From Squalus acanthias (taxonomy: Eukaryota): 64,000 bases of DNA. The notes under the pieces were generated by a model. That model was not told the origin of the DNA. It did not search any database and saw nothing but the letters and a program-made list of their open reading frames with translations. The translations under genes and the position numbers were made by a program. Shown here in pieces: positions 53,149 through 64,000 of the stretch (position 1 is its first letter; each line of letters begins with the position of its first letter). Location of the stretch: the NCBI GenBank assembly GCA_030390025.1, contig CM059432.1, positions 139,130,001-139,194,000 of the forward strand. Direction: 5' to 3'.

Positions 53149-53404
53149 CTGAGAAAAGAAGTGACAAAAAATGTTTAGTTACAAACATTGTAATATAGGG
53201 AGTTAAGTGAATAACCTAACTCCCGTTCACTCATCACCCCTGTGCTCGCTGACCTACATTGATCCGGCAACGCCTCGAATTTAAAATTCTCATCTTTTTG
53301 TTCAAATCTCTCTATGGCCTCGCCCCTCCCTATCTGTGTAACCTCCTCCAGCCCTACAACCCTCTGAGATTGTCACGCTCCTCCCGTTCTGGCTTTTTTT
53401 TATT

Positions 53405-53905
53405 CGTTTGTGGGATGTGGGCATCGCTGGCAAGGCCAGCATTTATTGCCCATCCCTAGTTGCCCTTGAGAAGGTGGTGCTGAGCCGCCTTCTTGAACCG
53501 CTGCAGTCCGTGTGGTGAAGGTACTCCCACAGTGCTGTTAGGGAGGGAGTTCCAGGATTTTGACCCAGCGACGATGAAGGATCGGCGATATATTTCCAAG
53601 TCAGGATGGTGTGTGACTTGGAGGGGAACTTGGAGGTGGTGGTGTTCCCATGCGCCTGCTGCCCTTATCCTTCTAGGTGGAAGAGGTCACTTGTTTGGGA
53701 GGTGCTGCCAAAGAAGCCATGGCGAGTTGCTGCAGTGCATCTTGTAGATGGCACACACTGCAGCCACGGTGCGCGGTGGTGGAGGGAGTGAATGTTTAAG
53801 GTGGTGGATGGGGTGCCAAACAAGCGGGCTGCTTTGTCCTGGATGGTGTCGAGCTTCTTGAGTGTTGTTGGAGCTGCACTCATCCAGGCAAGTGGAGAGT
53901 GTTCC
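53405..53905 (-). mobile_element. LINE 3' fragment (family of 26450-27310) inserted in an L2 fragment (53215-53950)
   Basis: MEHSPLAWMSAAPTTLKKLDTIQDKAA; L2 sequence resumes at about 53907. Confidence 0.75.
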
Positions 53906-54524
53906 ATCCTCTTGCGCATCACCGATTTTCATCGGCCCACCATTGGCGAGGGCAGGGACTCCCTACTTATTTAATTCCTACTTCTTCAGCCTCAAAAAGG
54001 GACATTGGCATATTTATGGAGGCTGGTACGCCAGGTGAGATGAGGCCCATCGCCATCCCGAAGAATGGAAATAGCTGCCATTGGCATATCCAAGTCAGGG
54101 AAACAGCCTGGAGACCATAAGACAGTCCAAGTAAGTTTGTTCTACTATCCGCCCTCCAAGTTCTGGGGATGGGGCACCAGAATTTCTAATTTATGTATGC
54201 TGGTGAGCGTTCAACATTACCCCATGATAATATTTGAATAAGGTAGTTTCCCATTGAAAAGAAAAGAAAGAAGGAAAGGAAGAAGGGAAGAAAGAAAGAA
54301 AGACTTGCATTTATATACAGCGCCTTTTACGACCACCGGACGTCCCAAAGCACTTTACAGCCAATGAAGTACTTTTTGAAGTGAAGTCACTGTTGTAATG
54401 TGGGAAATGCGGTAGCCAATTTGCACACAGCAAGCTCCCACAAACAGCAATGTGATAATGACCAGATCATCTGTTTTTAGTGATGTTGGTTGAAGGATAA
54501 ATATTGACCAGGACACTGGGGAGA

Positions 54525-54959
54525 ATAGAAACATAGAAACATAGAATCTAGGAGCAGGAGTAGGCCATTCGGCCCGTCGAGCCTGCTCCACCATTCAATA
54601 CGATCATGGCTGATCATCCAAATCCAGTACCCTGTCCCTGCTTTAATCCCCACAGTACACATATCCCACCCTACCCCCGTAACCCCACGTATTTAATTCC
54701 CCCTAACATATCCCATCCTATCCCCATAACCCCACATATTTAATCCCCCCCTAACACTAAGGGTCAATTTATCATAGCCAAATCAACCTAACCCACACAT
54801 TTTTGGACTGTGGGAGGAAACCGGAGCACCCGGAGGAAACCCACGCAGACACGGGGAGAATGTGCAAACTCCACACAGACAGTCACCCGAGGTCAGATTT
54901 GAACCCGGGTCCCTGGCGCTGTGAGGCACCAGTGCTAACCACTATGCCACCGTGTTGCC
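54525..54959 (-). mobile_element. Young HE1/V-SINE with CR1-derived tail, inserted in a Deu-SINE (54260-55165)
   Basis: Reverse complement of the 45056 and 48373 copies. Confidence 0.85.
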
Positions 54960-55919
54960 CTCTGCTCTTCTTCAAAATAGTGGCATGGGATCTTTCACGT
55001 CCACCAGAGTGAGCAGACAGGGCCTCGGTTTAACGCCTCATCCAAAAGATGGCACTTCCAACAGTGTAGCACATCCTAGATTTTTGTGTTCAAGTCTGTG
55101 GAGTGGGACTGCTGAACCCACAACCTTTTGACTCAGAGGCAAGGGTGCTACCCCCTAAGCCACAACTTAACATTGTAGCTTTATGGTGGTGATGGATCAG
55201 GCGTATCCTTTGTATTCCAGGCCTCCAGGATTGTCCAGGATTAAATATTGATCTCCAGGAAACTACTACGAGCAACCCAGGAGAAAAATCATATGGATAT
55301 TAAAACAAATTGTGTGAGATTTTTATTTTCTTTGAACGCTTTCATTTATTAGTTATAAAAATAATGGAGACAGGATTAAAAAGAAGATTGTTTGACTGAT
55401 AGTTAAGAATCATCCAATCAGGTAATGAAGGGTCCTATTGCATTCCGATTGGCCGTGGGAAGGTGGGGCGGGGCCTGGATGGATGTGTCGTGCGACCAAT
55501 GGCGGGGGTGTGGGGGAGGGGCGGTTGAAGGCAGGAGGTCATGTGATGAAACCACCAGGAATACGTCCAACCAGAGTTGGCAACCCTAGGCAGGTGGGAA
55601 AGATAGTCCTTGACCCTCACTGCCTGCGCTCAAAGACGAAGAGTGGCCACTTCAGTGAGGTACCGGGGGGGCTCCTGGCCCCTGTAAAATGGCGGTCCAG
55701 GATGAGTTAGCACCTTGAGCAAAGGAGGGGAGCAAACTGGGGTCACAAAAAAATCTATTGTTAGAAATGATCCTTGGTTGTTCAGTCATGAAAGGAGCTG
55801 GTGGAGATTAGCTGGTGCCTAACCAGTGATTTGTAAATGTTTAGCATAACTTCCTTGCTTTTGTACTCTATGCCTCTATTTATAAAGCCCAAGATCCCGT
55901 ATGTTTTTTTAACAGCCTT

Positions 55920-56900
55920 CTCAACTTAATGACTTGGACTTGAGAATAAGTAACTCAATATCAAAATTTGTAGATGATACCAAACTGGGGGGGGGGGGGG
56001 GTATAGCTAACACTGAGGAAGAATGCAACATAATACAAGAAGACATTAGAAAAATTGCAGACTGGGCTGTTAAGTGGCAAATTAACTTTAACGCAGATAA
56101 ATGTGAGGTGATGCACTTTGTTAGGAAAAATAGAAACATCACCTACACCTTGGAAAATAAGAAACTGAATGGGGTAGAAAAGCAGAGGGATCTAGGGATG
56201 GATACAGGTGAACAAATCATTAAAAGCAACATCGCAGGTCAGCAAAGCAATTAAAAATGCTAACAAAGCACTGGGATTTATTTCTAGGGGTATAGAATTC
56301 AAAAGTAGTGAAGTTATGTTAAACTTGTATAGGACCCTGGTCTTCAGAGCACTGTGCACAGTTCTGGTCTCCATACTATAAAAAAGGACATAGAAGCACT
56401 GGAGAAATTGCAAAAAAAGATTTACAAGGATGGTACCAGAATGGAGAAATTACAGCTATCGGGAAAGATTGAACAGGTTGGGCTTTTTTCTTTGGAAAAG
56501 TAAAGACTTAGAGGAGACCTGATAGAGCTCTTTAAAATTATGAATGGGTTGGACAGGGTAGATGTGGAGAAAATGTTTCCACTTGTGGGAGAATCCAAAA
56601 CTAGGGGTCATAAATACAAGGTAGTTACCAATAAATCCAATAGGGAAATAAGGAGAAATTGCTTTACTCAGACTGGTTAGAATGTGGAACTCACTACCAC
56701 AGGAACTGGTTGAGGCAAATAGATTAGATGCTTTCAAAAGGAAACTAGACGAGTACATGAGAGAAAAGGAAATGGAAAGATATGCTGAAAGGCTGAGATG
56801 AAGCAGATCGAATGATAGGAGACTTGTGTGGAATATAAACACCAGCGCAGACTAGCTGGGCCGAATGGCCTGTTTCCGTGTTGCATATATTATGTAATTC
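55920..56900 (+). mobile_element. CR1 LINE 3' fragment
   Basis: SKFVDDTKLGG, KWQINFNADKCEVMH motifs and tail. Confidence 0.85.
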
Positions 56901-56912
56901 TGTGTTTGTTAC

Positions 56913-57060
56913 CTGCTGATTTTTTCATTCTGAGAATGTATGGCATCATCAGCGCCGCCGATTGGCAGCAGCATCACACTTTTCCGCGTTGTATGCTGGA
57001 GTGTTCTGGCGACAGGAATCGTTCCTCCTTCTCGGGTCAGCTCAGCTTCTATTCCAAACA
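56913..57060 (-). CDS. CNDP1: Carnosine dipeptidase exon ([17 protein letters not shown]...[12 protein letters not shown]), 148 nt
   Basis: ccaag|TG...AG|gtaac boundaries; conserved REGGxIP and DDxxHSQNEK metal-ligand motifs. Confidence 0.9.
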
Positions 57061-57282
57061 CTTGGCAACAGTACAAATAAAAAAGGTGCGAGGTGAGCAA
57101 TAGTTAAACGCCTCTAGGAAATATACTTTTCTTCACTCAGTATCAACACTAAATAGTTTTTGCAAGTGTGAATTAAACGGGAAAGTTTGGTTGTGTCAGC
57201 GATATGTTCTAAGTACTGCTCAGTCAGGTACCAGCCAGTTCGAATGACACATTTGTAGAACAGCAGCCACCACCATTGATGG

Positions 57283-57722
57283 TGTCAGCCGTGGCTCAAT
57301 GGGTAGCACTCTGGCCTCTGAATCATGAAGGTCATGGGTTCCAGTCCTGCTCCAGAGCCTTGAGGCTATCACTCCCAGTGCAGTGCTGAGGGAGTGCTGC
57401 ACTGTCAGAGGTGCCGTCTTTCGGATGAGACATTAAAACGATACATTGTCTGCCCTCTCAGGCAGACGTAAAAAATCCCACAGCTGAAGAAGACCAGGGG
57501 AGTTCTCCTAACCAATATTTATCCCTTAATCAACGTTACTAAAAACAGTTTATCTGGTCATTATCGCAATGCTGTTTGTGGGAGCTTGCTGCGCGCAAAT
57601 TGGTTGCTGTGTTTCCTACATTACAACAGTGACTACATTTCAAAAGCACTTCATTGGCTGTAAAGTGGTTTGGGACATCCTGAGGTTGTGAAAGGCACTA
57701 TATAAATGCAAGTCTTTCTTTA
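57283..57722 (+). mobile_element. Deu-SINE
   Basis: tRNA head, Deu core and tail. Confidence 0.8.
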
Positions 57723-58153
57723 TTTTTTATTTGCATATAAAATGACTCCAAACAGTGACATAAAATTCGCAGCTTTAAACACGTGTATATGGTCGTAGAA
57801 AAACACTTGGATGAGTATAAGCCATTAAAAGACAGAGAGAGCATGAATTCAAGAACTAGAGGCAGCAACTATAGGCCTGTTAAATCCCATAGTGATTTTC
57901 TCTCCCTTCTCCAGGTAGGTACAGAGTCTCTCCGAAGCGCCCTTCTACACAACATGGCTCAGACTGACTGGTATGGGGAGTCAGCATCAATTCCGTGTCT
58001 TCCATCCCAAGGTACTGTATTGTGGTGCTTGGTGGCGTAATTGCACTGTATCACTTGACAGAATAACACTTGTAATTTTTTTTGAAGGCTGTATTACAAT
58101 AACAACAACTTGCATTTATATAGTGCCTTTAACGTCTCCGGTAGTTCATTAAC

Positions 58154-58295
58154 CTTTCCTGGTGGCGGCTCTTCCAGCGACATATTGCTTGTCAGTGACA
58201 CGGGCGACCCAAGCTTTCGATCCAGACGTTAAAGTAACTTGCAGTTTGTTGGGACTTCCACGTTCTGCAAACACTCGATTGAGATAGGTCGTCAC
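58154..58295 (-). CDS. CNDP1: Carnosine dipeptidase exon (VTTYLNRVFAERGSPNKL...YVAGRAATRK), 142 nt
   Basis: ttgcag|GTG...AAAG|gttaat boundaries; phases are compatible with the neighbouring exons. Confidence 0.85.
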
Positions 58296-58419
58296 CTGCA
58301 AAGAACGCCTAAGAAAATTAGCAACAGAAATTGCATAATAATATATCACTACACATTATCTCATTTACAATTGTACTCTACATCAAGTCATTAGATTCAC
58401 ATAGCAATAAAAGCAGCGA

Positions 58420-59880
58420 CGCAGGTTAACGAGGCCATACAGAACGCAAACTGAGCACTGGGGTTCATTTCTGGAGGGATGGAATTGGAAAACAGAGAGG
58501 TTATGTTAAACTAATACAGAACCTTGGTTAGACCACATTTGGAATACTGTGAACAGTTCTGGTCTCCATATTACAAGAAGGATAGAAACATAGAAGATAG
58601 GAGCAGGAGTAGGCCATTCGGCCCCTCGAGCCTGCTCTGCCATTTAATGAGATCATGGCTGATCAACCAAATTCAGTACCCTGTCCCTGCTTTCTCCCCA
58701 TATCCCTTGATCCCTTTAGCCTTAAGAAATATATCTAACTCCTTCTTGAATATATTTAATGAATTGGCCTCAACTGCCTTCTGTGGTAGAGAATTCCACA
58801 GGTTCACCACTCTCTGGGTGAAGAAATTCCTTCTCATCTCAGTCCTGAATGGCTTACCCCTTATCCTTAGACTGTGACCCCTGGTTCTGGACTCCCCCGC
58901 CATCGGGAACATCCTTCCTGCATCTAGTCTGTCTAGTCCTGTTAGAATTTTATAAGTTTCAATGAGATCCCCTCTCATTCTTCTAAACTCTAGCGAATAC
59001 AAGCCCAATCGTCCCAATCTCTCTTCATACGTCGTTCCTGCCATCCCAGGTATCAGTCTGGTGAATCTTCGCTGGAGAAGGAGGCAAAAAAGATTTACAA
59101 GGCTGATACCAGAACTGAGAGGTTCTAATTATCAGGAACAACTGAACAGGCTGGGGCTCTTTTCTCTAGAAAAAAGAAGGCTGAGAGGTGGACCTGATAG
59201 AGGTCTTTAAAATTATGAAGTGGTACGACAGGGAAGATGTTTCTACTTGCGAGGGAGTCCAAAACTAGAGGCCATAAATATAAGATAGTCACTAATAAAT
59301 AAAACAGAGTGACTGCTGCCAACGACCGGAAGCTGCACAGAAGCGTACTGCGCACTCCAACAACCGGAAGCATGATGCTTCTGCTTTTTTAAAAACGAGC
59401 ACGCTAACGAGCCCGCTCCCTTCCCATTTTTTTTAACGAGCCCACTCCCTTCCTAGCTTTTTCTCACCAGCCCGCTCCCTTCCCGGCTTTTTCTCACCAG
59501 CCCGCTCCCTTCCCGGCTTTTTAAAAAAAATGTCAACGAGCCCCGCTCCCGTGATGAACCGGAAGCGCGCATGCGCAGAATGCTTCCGGTTCGTTGGCAG
59601 CAGTCACGTCCTAAATAAAATAGGGCATTGAAGGAAAAACTTCTTTACCCAGAGAGTGGTTAGAATGTGGAACTTGCTACCACAAGGAGTGGTTGAAGCG
59701 AATAGTGTAGATGCATTTAAGGGGAAGCTAGAATAACACATGAGGGAGAAAGGAATAGAGGGCTATATTGATAGGGTGAGAAGAAGAGGGGTGAGAGGAG
59801 GCTCATGTGGAGCATAAATGCCGGCATGGACCAGTTGGGCAGAGTGGCCTGTTTCTGTGCTGTAAATACTTTGTAATTCT
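58420..59880 (+). mobile_element. CR1 3' fragment carrying a nested minus-strand CR1 (58581-59072) and a MITE
   Basis: RPHLEYC..WSPYYKKD is interrupted by an antisense CR1 tail, then resumes with KRFTRLIPEL. Confidence 0.85.
59305..59611. mobile_element. MITE with 9-bp TSD (Mutator/MULE-like)
   Basis: TIR GTGACTGCTGCCAACGA(A)CCGGAAGC at both ends; TAAATAAAA at 59296-59304 and 59612-59620; internal repeats of about 30 bp. Confidence 0.8.
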
Positions 59881-60560
59881 ATAATATCCGAGCCTAAAGA
59901 TTGCACAGACTGTTACGAGCGAGCAGGATTTCGTTCTGCTGCTTTTCCCTGTCCCCAAACCCCAGGTCATGGGAGGCCATTAGAATATTCCAAGAAGGCA
60001 CCCATTCCGCTTGACGTGGTGGAGGTCAGAGCTGTACCCTGCCACCCCGAGATGGGAGGGCATCCTAAGCCTAAATCAAGCTCAATAAAATAACGCCTTC
60101 AAATTTACATATACCTCCCTCTCAGTGAACAGAATGCCAACCTGGCTAAGGTGACCAATCCCTCTGGGATCAACTATCAGAGAGGACTCGTTGGCGGGAT
60201 TGCCGTGGTATTCTGAGGGAAGGCATTAGGCACACCTTCAACATGCAAGTGTTGTGTAATGGGAGAAGGGTTTAAGGAGCACCCTCTCCAAGTTGGTCGT
60301 CTTGATGGGGCAGAAATCGGGCACCTAATTGTGCCCTCCCCCTCGGGAAAGTTTTGGATTGAAGAGGTTTTATGCTTCGATTTGTGCCTTGATTACATCT
60401 TTCCCTTTTTTTCATTACCAGCTCCTTCTCCTTCTTCTTCGACTTCTTGCCCTCTTCTCCTCCTTCTTTCCTTTTCCAAGTTTCCTGTGCAACTCGGGTT
60501 GATTCTCCTTCAAAGCTTGCTGAAAGTAAATCAGCATTCACAACTGACTGGAACACTTAC

Positions 60561-60725
60561 CTGATTGTTCAGCTTTTCAGGATCCATGTCCGGGACTAAA
60601 CGTATGGAGAATTTTCCCGTCACTTTTGCAGGGATAACGGTTTTGGCTCCAGGGCCTGAGAAAGCTCCTTCAATTCCGTGAATAGACAATGATGGAAATC
60701 TCCATCGGTGAAGGAGTACATCCTC
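60561..60725 (-). CDS. CNDP1: Carnosine dipeptidase exon ([55 protein letters not shown]), 165 nt
   Basis: tttag|GAG...CAG|gtaagt boundaries; hallmark M20A dipeptidase motif [16 protein letters not shown]. Confidence 0.9.
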
Positions 60726-60839
60726 CTAAATAATGCAACATAGACACGGTCATTAAAGACGTCAGCATTGAAGTCTAACTAAGCACGCTCCTTGGCTCAG
60801 GTGGCACAGTTTGCTGACGTAACAGCATCAGTAATTACA

Positions 60840-61280
60840 GCAACAACAACTTGCATTTATATAGCACCTTTAACGCAGTAAAACGTCCCATGGTGCTTCA
60901 CAGGAGCGTTATCGGAAAAAAAAATTGACATCAGGAGATATTCGGAGAGTTGATCAAAAGCTTTTGTCAAAGAGGTAGATTTTAAAGAAGCATCTTAAAA
61001 GGAGGAGAGAAGCAGAGAGGCTTAGGGTGGGAATGTCAGAGCTTGGGGTCTAGGCAGCTGAAGGCACGGCCGCCAATGGTGGAGCGATGGAAATAAGGGG
61101 ATGCGCAGGAGGCCAGAATTGGAGGAGGTTGCAGAGATCTCTGGGGGGGGGGGGGTGGGGGGTTGTGGGGCTGGAGGAGGTTGCAGAGATAGGGAGGGAT
61201 GAGGCCATGGAGGGATTCGAACACAAGGATGAGAATTTAATATTTTATAAATTGATGGCATTGCCGGAGCGGGAGCCAAT
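60840..61280 (-). mobile_element. L2 LINE 3' fragment
   Basis: (CAA)n tail and IGGRAFSCL motif. Confidence 0.75.
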
Positions 61281-61524
61281 GTAGGTCAATGCAAGTCTTT
61301 CTTTCTTTTATTGCTGTTCCCTCCAAAAGGTCATGACACATTGGGGTAGTAATTGGTATGCGCTGCGCCCATTTTTCGGGCGTAAGATGGACACAAATCA
61401 TAGCAATTTGACAGTTGGCTGGCCTGTGAACGATCTGCACAGGCGTTGAGCTATTTTTGTGGAGTCCATCATCTAGGCATCTTGAACTGCCTGTGCTAAA
61501 CCCAAGCTGAGAATGTGGTCAAGA

Positions 61525-61890
61525 AAGACTTGAAAAAGCTTGTATTTTTATAGCCTCAGGGCACTTTACAGCCAATGAAGTACTGTTTGGAGCCTAATCA
61601 CCTGTTGTAATGTAGGAAACGCGGCAACCAGTTTGCGCTCAGCAAGCTTCCACAAATAGCAATGTGATTTTGACCTGATAATCTGTTTTTAGTGATGTTG
61701 ATTGATGGCTAAATGATGGCCAGTACATCGGGGAGAACTCCCCTGCTCTTCTTCAAATAGAGGCTGTGGGAGCTTTTACGTTCACCTGAGAGGGCAGACG
61801 GGGCCTCACTTTAAGGTCTCATCCGAAAGACGGCAACTCCAACAGTGCAGCACTCCCTCAGCACTGCACTGGAGTGTCAGCCTAGATTAT
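61525..61890 (-). mobile_element. Deu-SINE; its tRNA head resumes at about 62862-62910 after nested insertions
   Basis: Deu core; the head GGGCTTGAACCCACAACCTTCTGA is displaced by about 1 kb. Confidence 0.75.
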
Positions 61891-62024
61891 ATTCTGTCTC
61901 TCTTTATAAAACCCAAAATGTTAGGGGCTTTTTTTAATGCCTTTGTCCACCTGTACTCTCACTTTCAGGGAATTATGTATTTGAACCCCTCGATCTCTCT
62001 GTTCAGCTATCCCCTTTCATTAAG

Positions 62025-62858
62025 GGGGGTGATTTCGCCAATGGAGGCGTGTGGAGGCGGGACTGCTGCTTGTCGGGTCGATGTCCCGCCTCCATCGATT
62101 TGTGGCCAACCCACGCTATTTTCCCTTGATTGACCTTGTTAAGCCCGCCCAGCGGGCTTAGCAGGCCAATTAAGAGAAAGCCGGTTACAGAGAACGTCAG
62201 CGTATGATGTTTCATCTGTCAAAAATTTTTGACAGATGAATTGTCATCGTTTGACAGCTCTGTGAAGCTGTCAAACACTGACATTCTCTGTAGTTTGATG
62301 AGTTCTTGAATTCAAGACTCATCAAACCTCTTTCTTTAGCGGAAATTAGATGGTTGTTGCATTGGAGAATGCAGCAGCCATCTGTCATCTCTGCCGGTGA
62401 GATGCGAGACTCTCCGCATACCCAACTCTTGAAGCCTGCAGGAAGAAACAAAGGTAAGTAAACTTTTTCTAACACTTTCCACTTATCTCACATACTCACC
62501 TCTCCACACTTGCACCCATCACTTACCTTCACAGCGCACTTTTGCACCCCGCAAACCTCCGCAGACCCACTGCTCTCCTCGGTGACCCTGGCGGGGTTCG
62601 GAGCCTTCGGGAAGCCCGCACTTGTGTGGATAAAATGGGGCTAATCCTCTTATCTGCCTGTTAACTACCTGTTAACAGGCAGGTAAGTGGCACTAATCCC
62701 CTTCCCGCCTCCAAGGAGACGGGACCCGGCGCGGGTCGGCTACCCGCCTCCTGGCAAGATGGCACGGAGGCGGGTTGGGCACCTGCCCCCAAATTATGCC
62801 ATTTTCCCGGTAGTCCCGCCTCCATACCCGCCTCCCCAGGGCTGGCAAGATCGCGCCC
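62025..62858. mobile_element. Non-autonomous DNA transposon (Harbinger-like) with imperfect TIRs
   Basis: Left GGGGGTGATTTCGCC..GGAGGCGTGTGGAGGCGGGACT versus right (reverse complement) GGGCGCGATCTTGCC..GGAGGCGGGTATGGAGGCGGGACT; CpG-rich. Confidence 0.55.
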
Positions 62859-63049
62859 TCAGTCTCTGGAATGGGGCTTGAACCCACAACCTTCTGATAC
62901 TGAGCCACAGGTGGCAAAATTAGAAAAAGTGACACTGTTGCCCAAAACTGACTTCCTTCACTTTGATGAGCACAAGAATCCACCAAATATTATATCATTT
63001 AAAAAAAAACTGTAATGGGTTGACAGCTGCCATTTTAATTTAACTATAC

Positions 63050-63210
63050 CTTGGTTTCAAAAAGGAGTTCTGTGGTACCAATGGTGCGCATGAAGTCTTC
63101 AGGGTTAAATTCAATTGCTTCGTACAAAAGACGTTCCTCATCTGTTAGGGGTGTGACGTCCACATTGATGCCAGGAATCAGAATATGACCAGATGAATTC
63201 ACAAGGCTGT
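63050..63210 (-). CDS. CNDP1: Carnosine dipeptidase exon (DSLVNSSGHILIPGIN...ELLFETK), 161 nt
   Basis: ttcag|AC...AAG|gtatag boundaries; translation resembles CNDP1 SLVDSSGHILVPG...FLFDTK. Confidence 0.85.
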
Positions 63211-63837
63211 CTGAAATTGGATTAATGAATTTAGAACCATAGAAGTTTACCGTACAGAAGAGCTCCCTTCAACTCATCGGGTCCGTGAAGTCTTTTAGAT
63301 AGAGCAAGCCAAAACTAATCCCACTGCCCTGCTTTCTACCCATAAACTCTGTATCTCCTGGGCACTAAGGGAATCAAGGGATATGGGGATAGGACAGGAA
63401 GGTGGAGTTCAGGTACAAGGTCAGCCATGGCGGAGCAGGCTCAAGGGACTGTATGGCCTACTCTTGCTCTTATTTCTTATGTTCGTCTGCTTCAAATATT
63501 TATCCACTTTTCCCTTAAAAGACGCAACAGTCCCTACTGTGACCAATCCCTGTGGTTAAATTGACCCCTTGTCAGTGACACATTGAGCAAAAAAAATAGT
63601 CGTTCCCTGCTCACCCCATCAAAGTCTTTCATAATTTTTTTTAAAAACCTGCGGAAATAGCACCAGTATCTCACGTCTCTCCTCATAAGTATAGTTTTCC
63701 ATCTCTGGTATCTCCTTGATGAACCGAGGCTGGACACTCTCTATGGCTTTAATGTTCTTTCTGCGATGCAGCACCCAAAGCTACACGCACTACACTAACT
63801 GCGACCGAACCAACATATTTGTATAAATTCATCATTA

Positions 63838-64000
63838 CATAGAAACATAGAAGATAGGAGCAGGAGTAGGCCATTCAGCCCCTCTAGCCTGCTCCGCCAT
63901 TCAATGCGATCATGGCTGATCATCCAAATTCAGAATCCTGTCCCTGCTTTCTCCCCATATCCCTTGATCCCTTTAGCCTTAAGAAATATATCCAACTCCT
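63838..64000 (-). mobile_element. CR1 3' tail (same subfamily as 33046-37253)
   Basis: AAAGCAGGGACAGG..GAATTTGGATGATCAGCCATGATC..CTTCTATGTTTCTATG. Confidence 0.85.

Noticed and set aside
54256..54302. Polypurine tract
   Set aside because: Expanded (TTTC)n tail of a Deu-SINE.
59395..59550. Short direct repeats with spacers (CRISPR-like look)
   Set aside because: Spacers are short T-rich near-duplicates, the array lies inside a TIR/TSD-bounded MITE in a vertebrate genome, and there are no cas genes.
60272..60556. Lys/Glu-rich ORF immediately after a CNDP exon
   Set aside because: Out of frame with the exon and arising from a purine-rich tract; the nearby acceptor would need an implausible intron of about 40 nt.

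Overview
Vertebrate genomic DNA, almost certainly from a shark or other elasmobranch, judged from HE1/V-SINE and Deu-domain SacSINE1-like SINEs and dense CR1/L2/Penelope repeats. Two host genes lie on the minus strand in the same order as human 18q22.3-q23. The first is the last five coding exons of a carnosine dipeptidase, M20A family, probably CNDP1 (63210 to 53085). The second is ZNF407, with a CpG-island promoter at about 47.5-48.1 kb, a first intron of about 38 kb and a 5.6 kb first coding exon (9339-3749); the rest of the gene lies left of the window. Introns and intergenic DNA are mostly nested retroelements and MITEs. The most notable observations are: (i) short Penelope-derived insertions with target-site duplications, one carrying an intact minimal hammerhead ribozyme and all breaking inside the hammerhead CUGANGA core; (ii) a young HE1 SINE subfamily that has swapped its 3' tail for that of a resident near-intact CR1; (iii) a MITE with a 9-bp TSD carrying ETS and NRF1 motifs; (iv) an out-of-frame uORF overlapping the ZNF407 start codon. 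Repeat family names come from recognition, not from a database search, and repeat boundaries are approximate unless a TSD is given.
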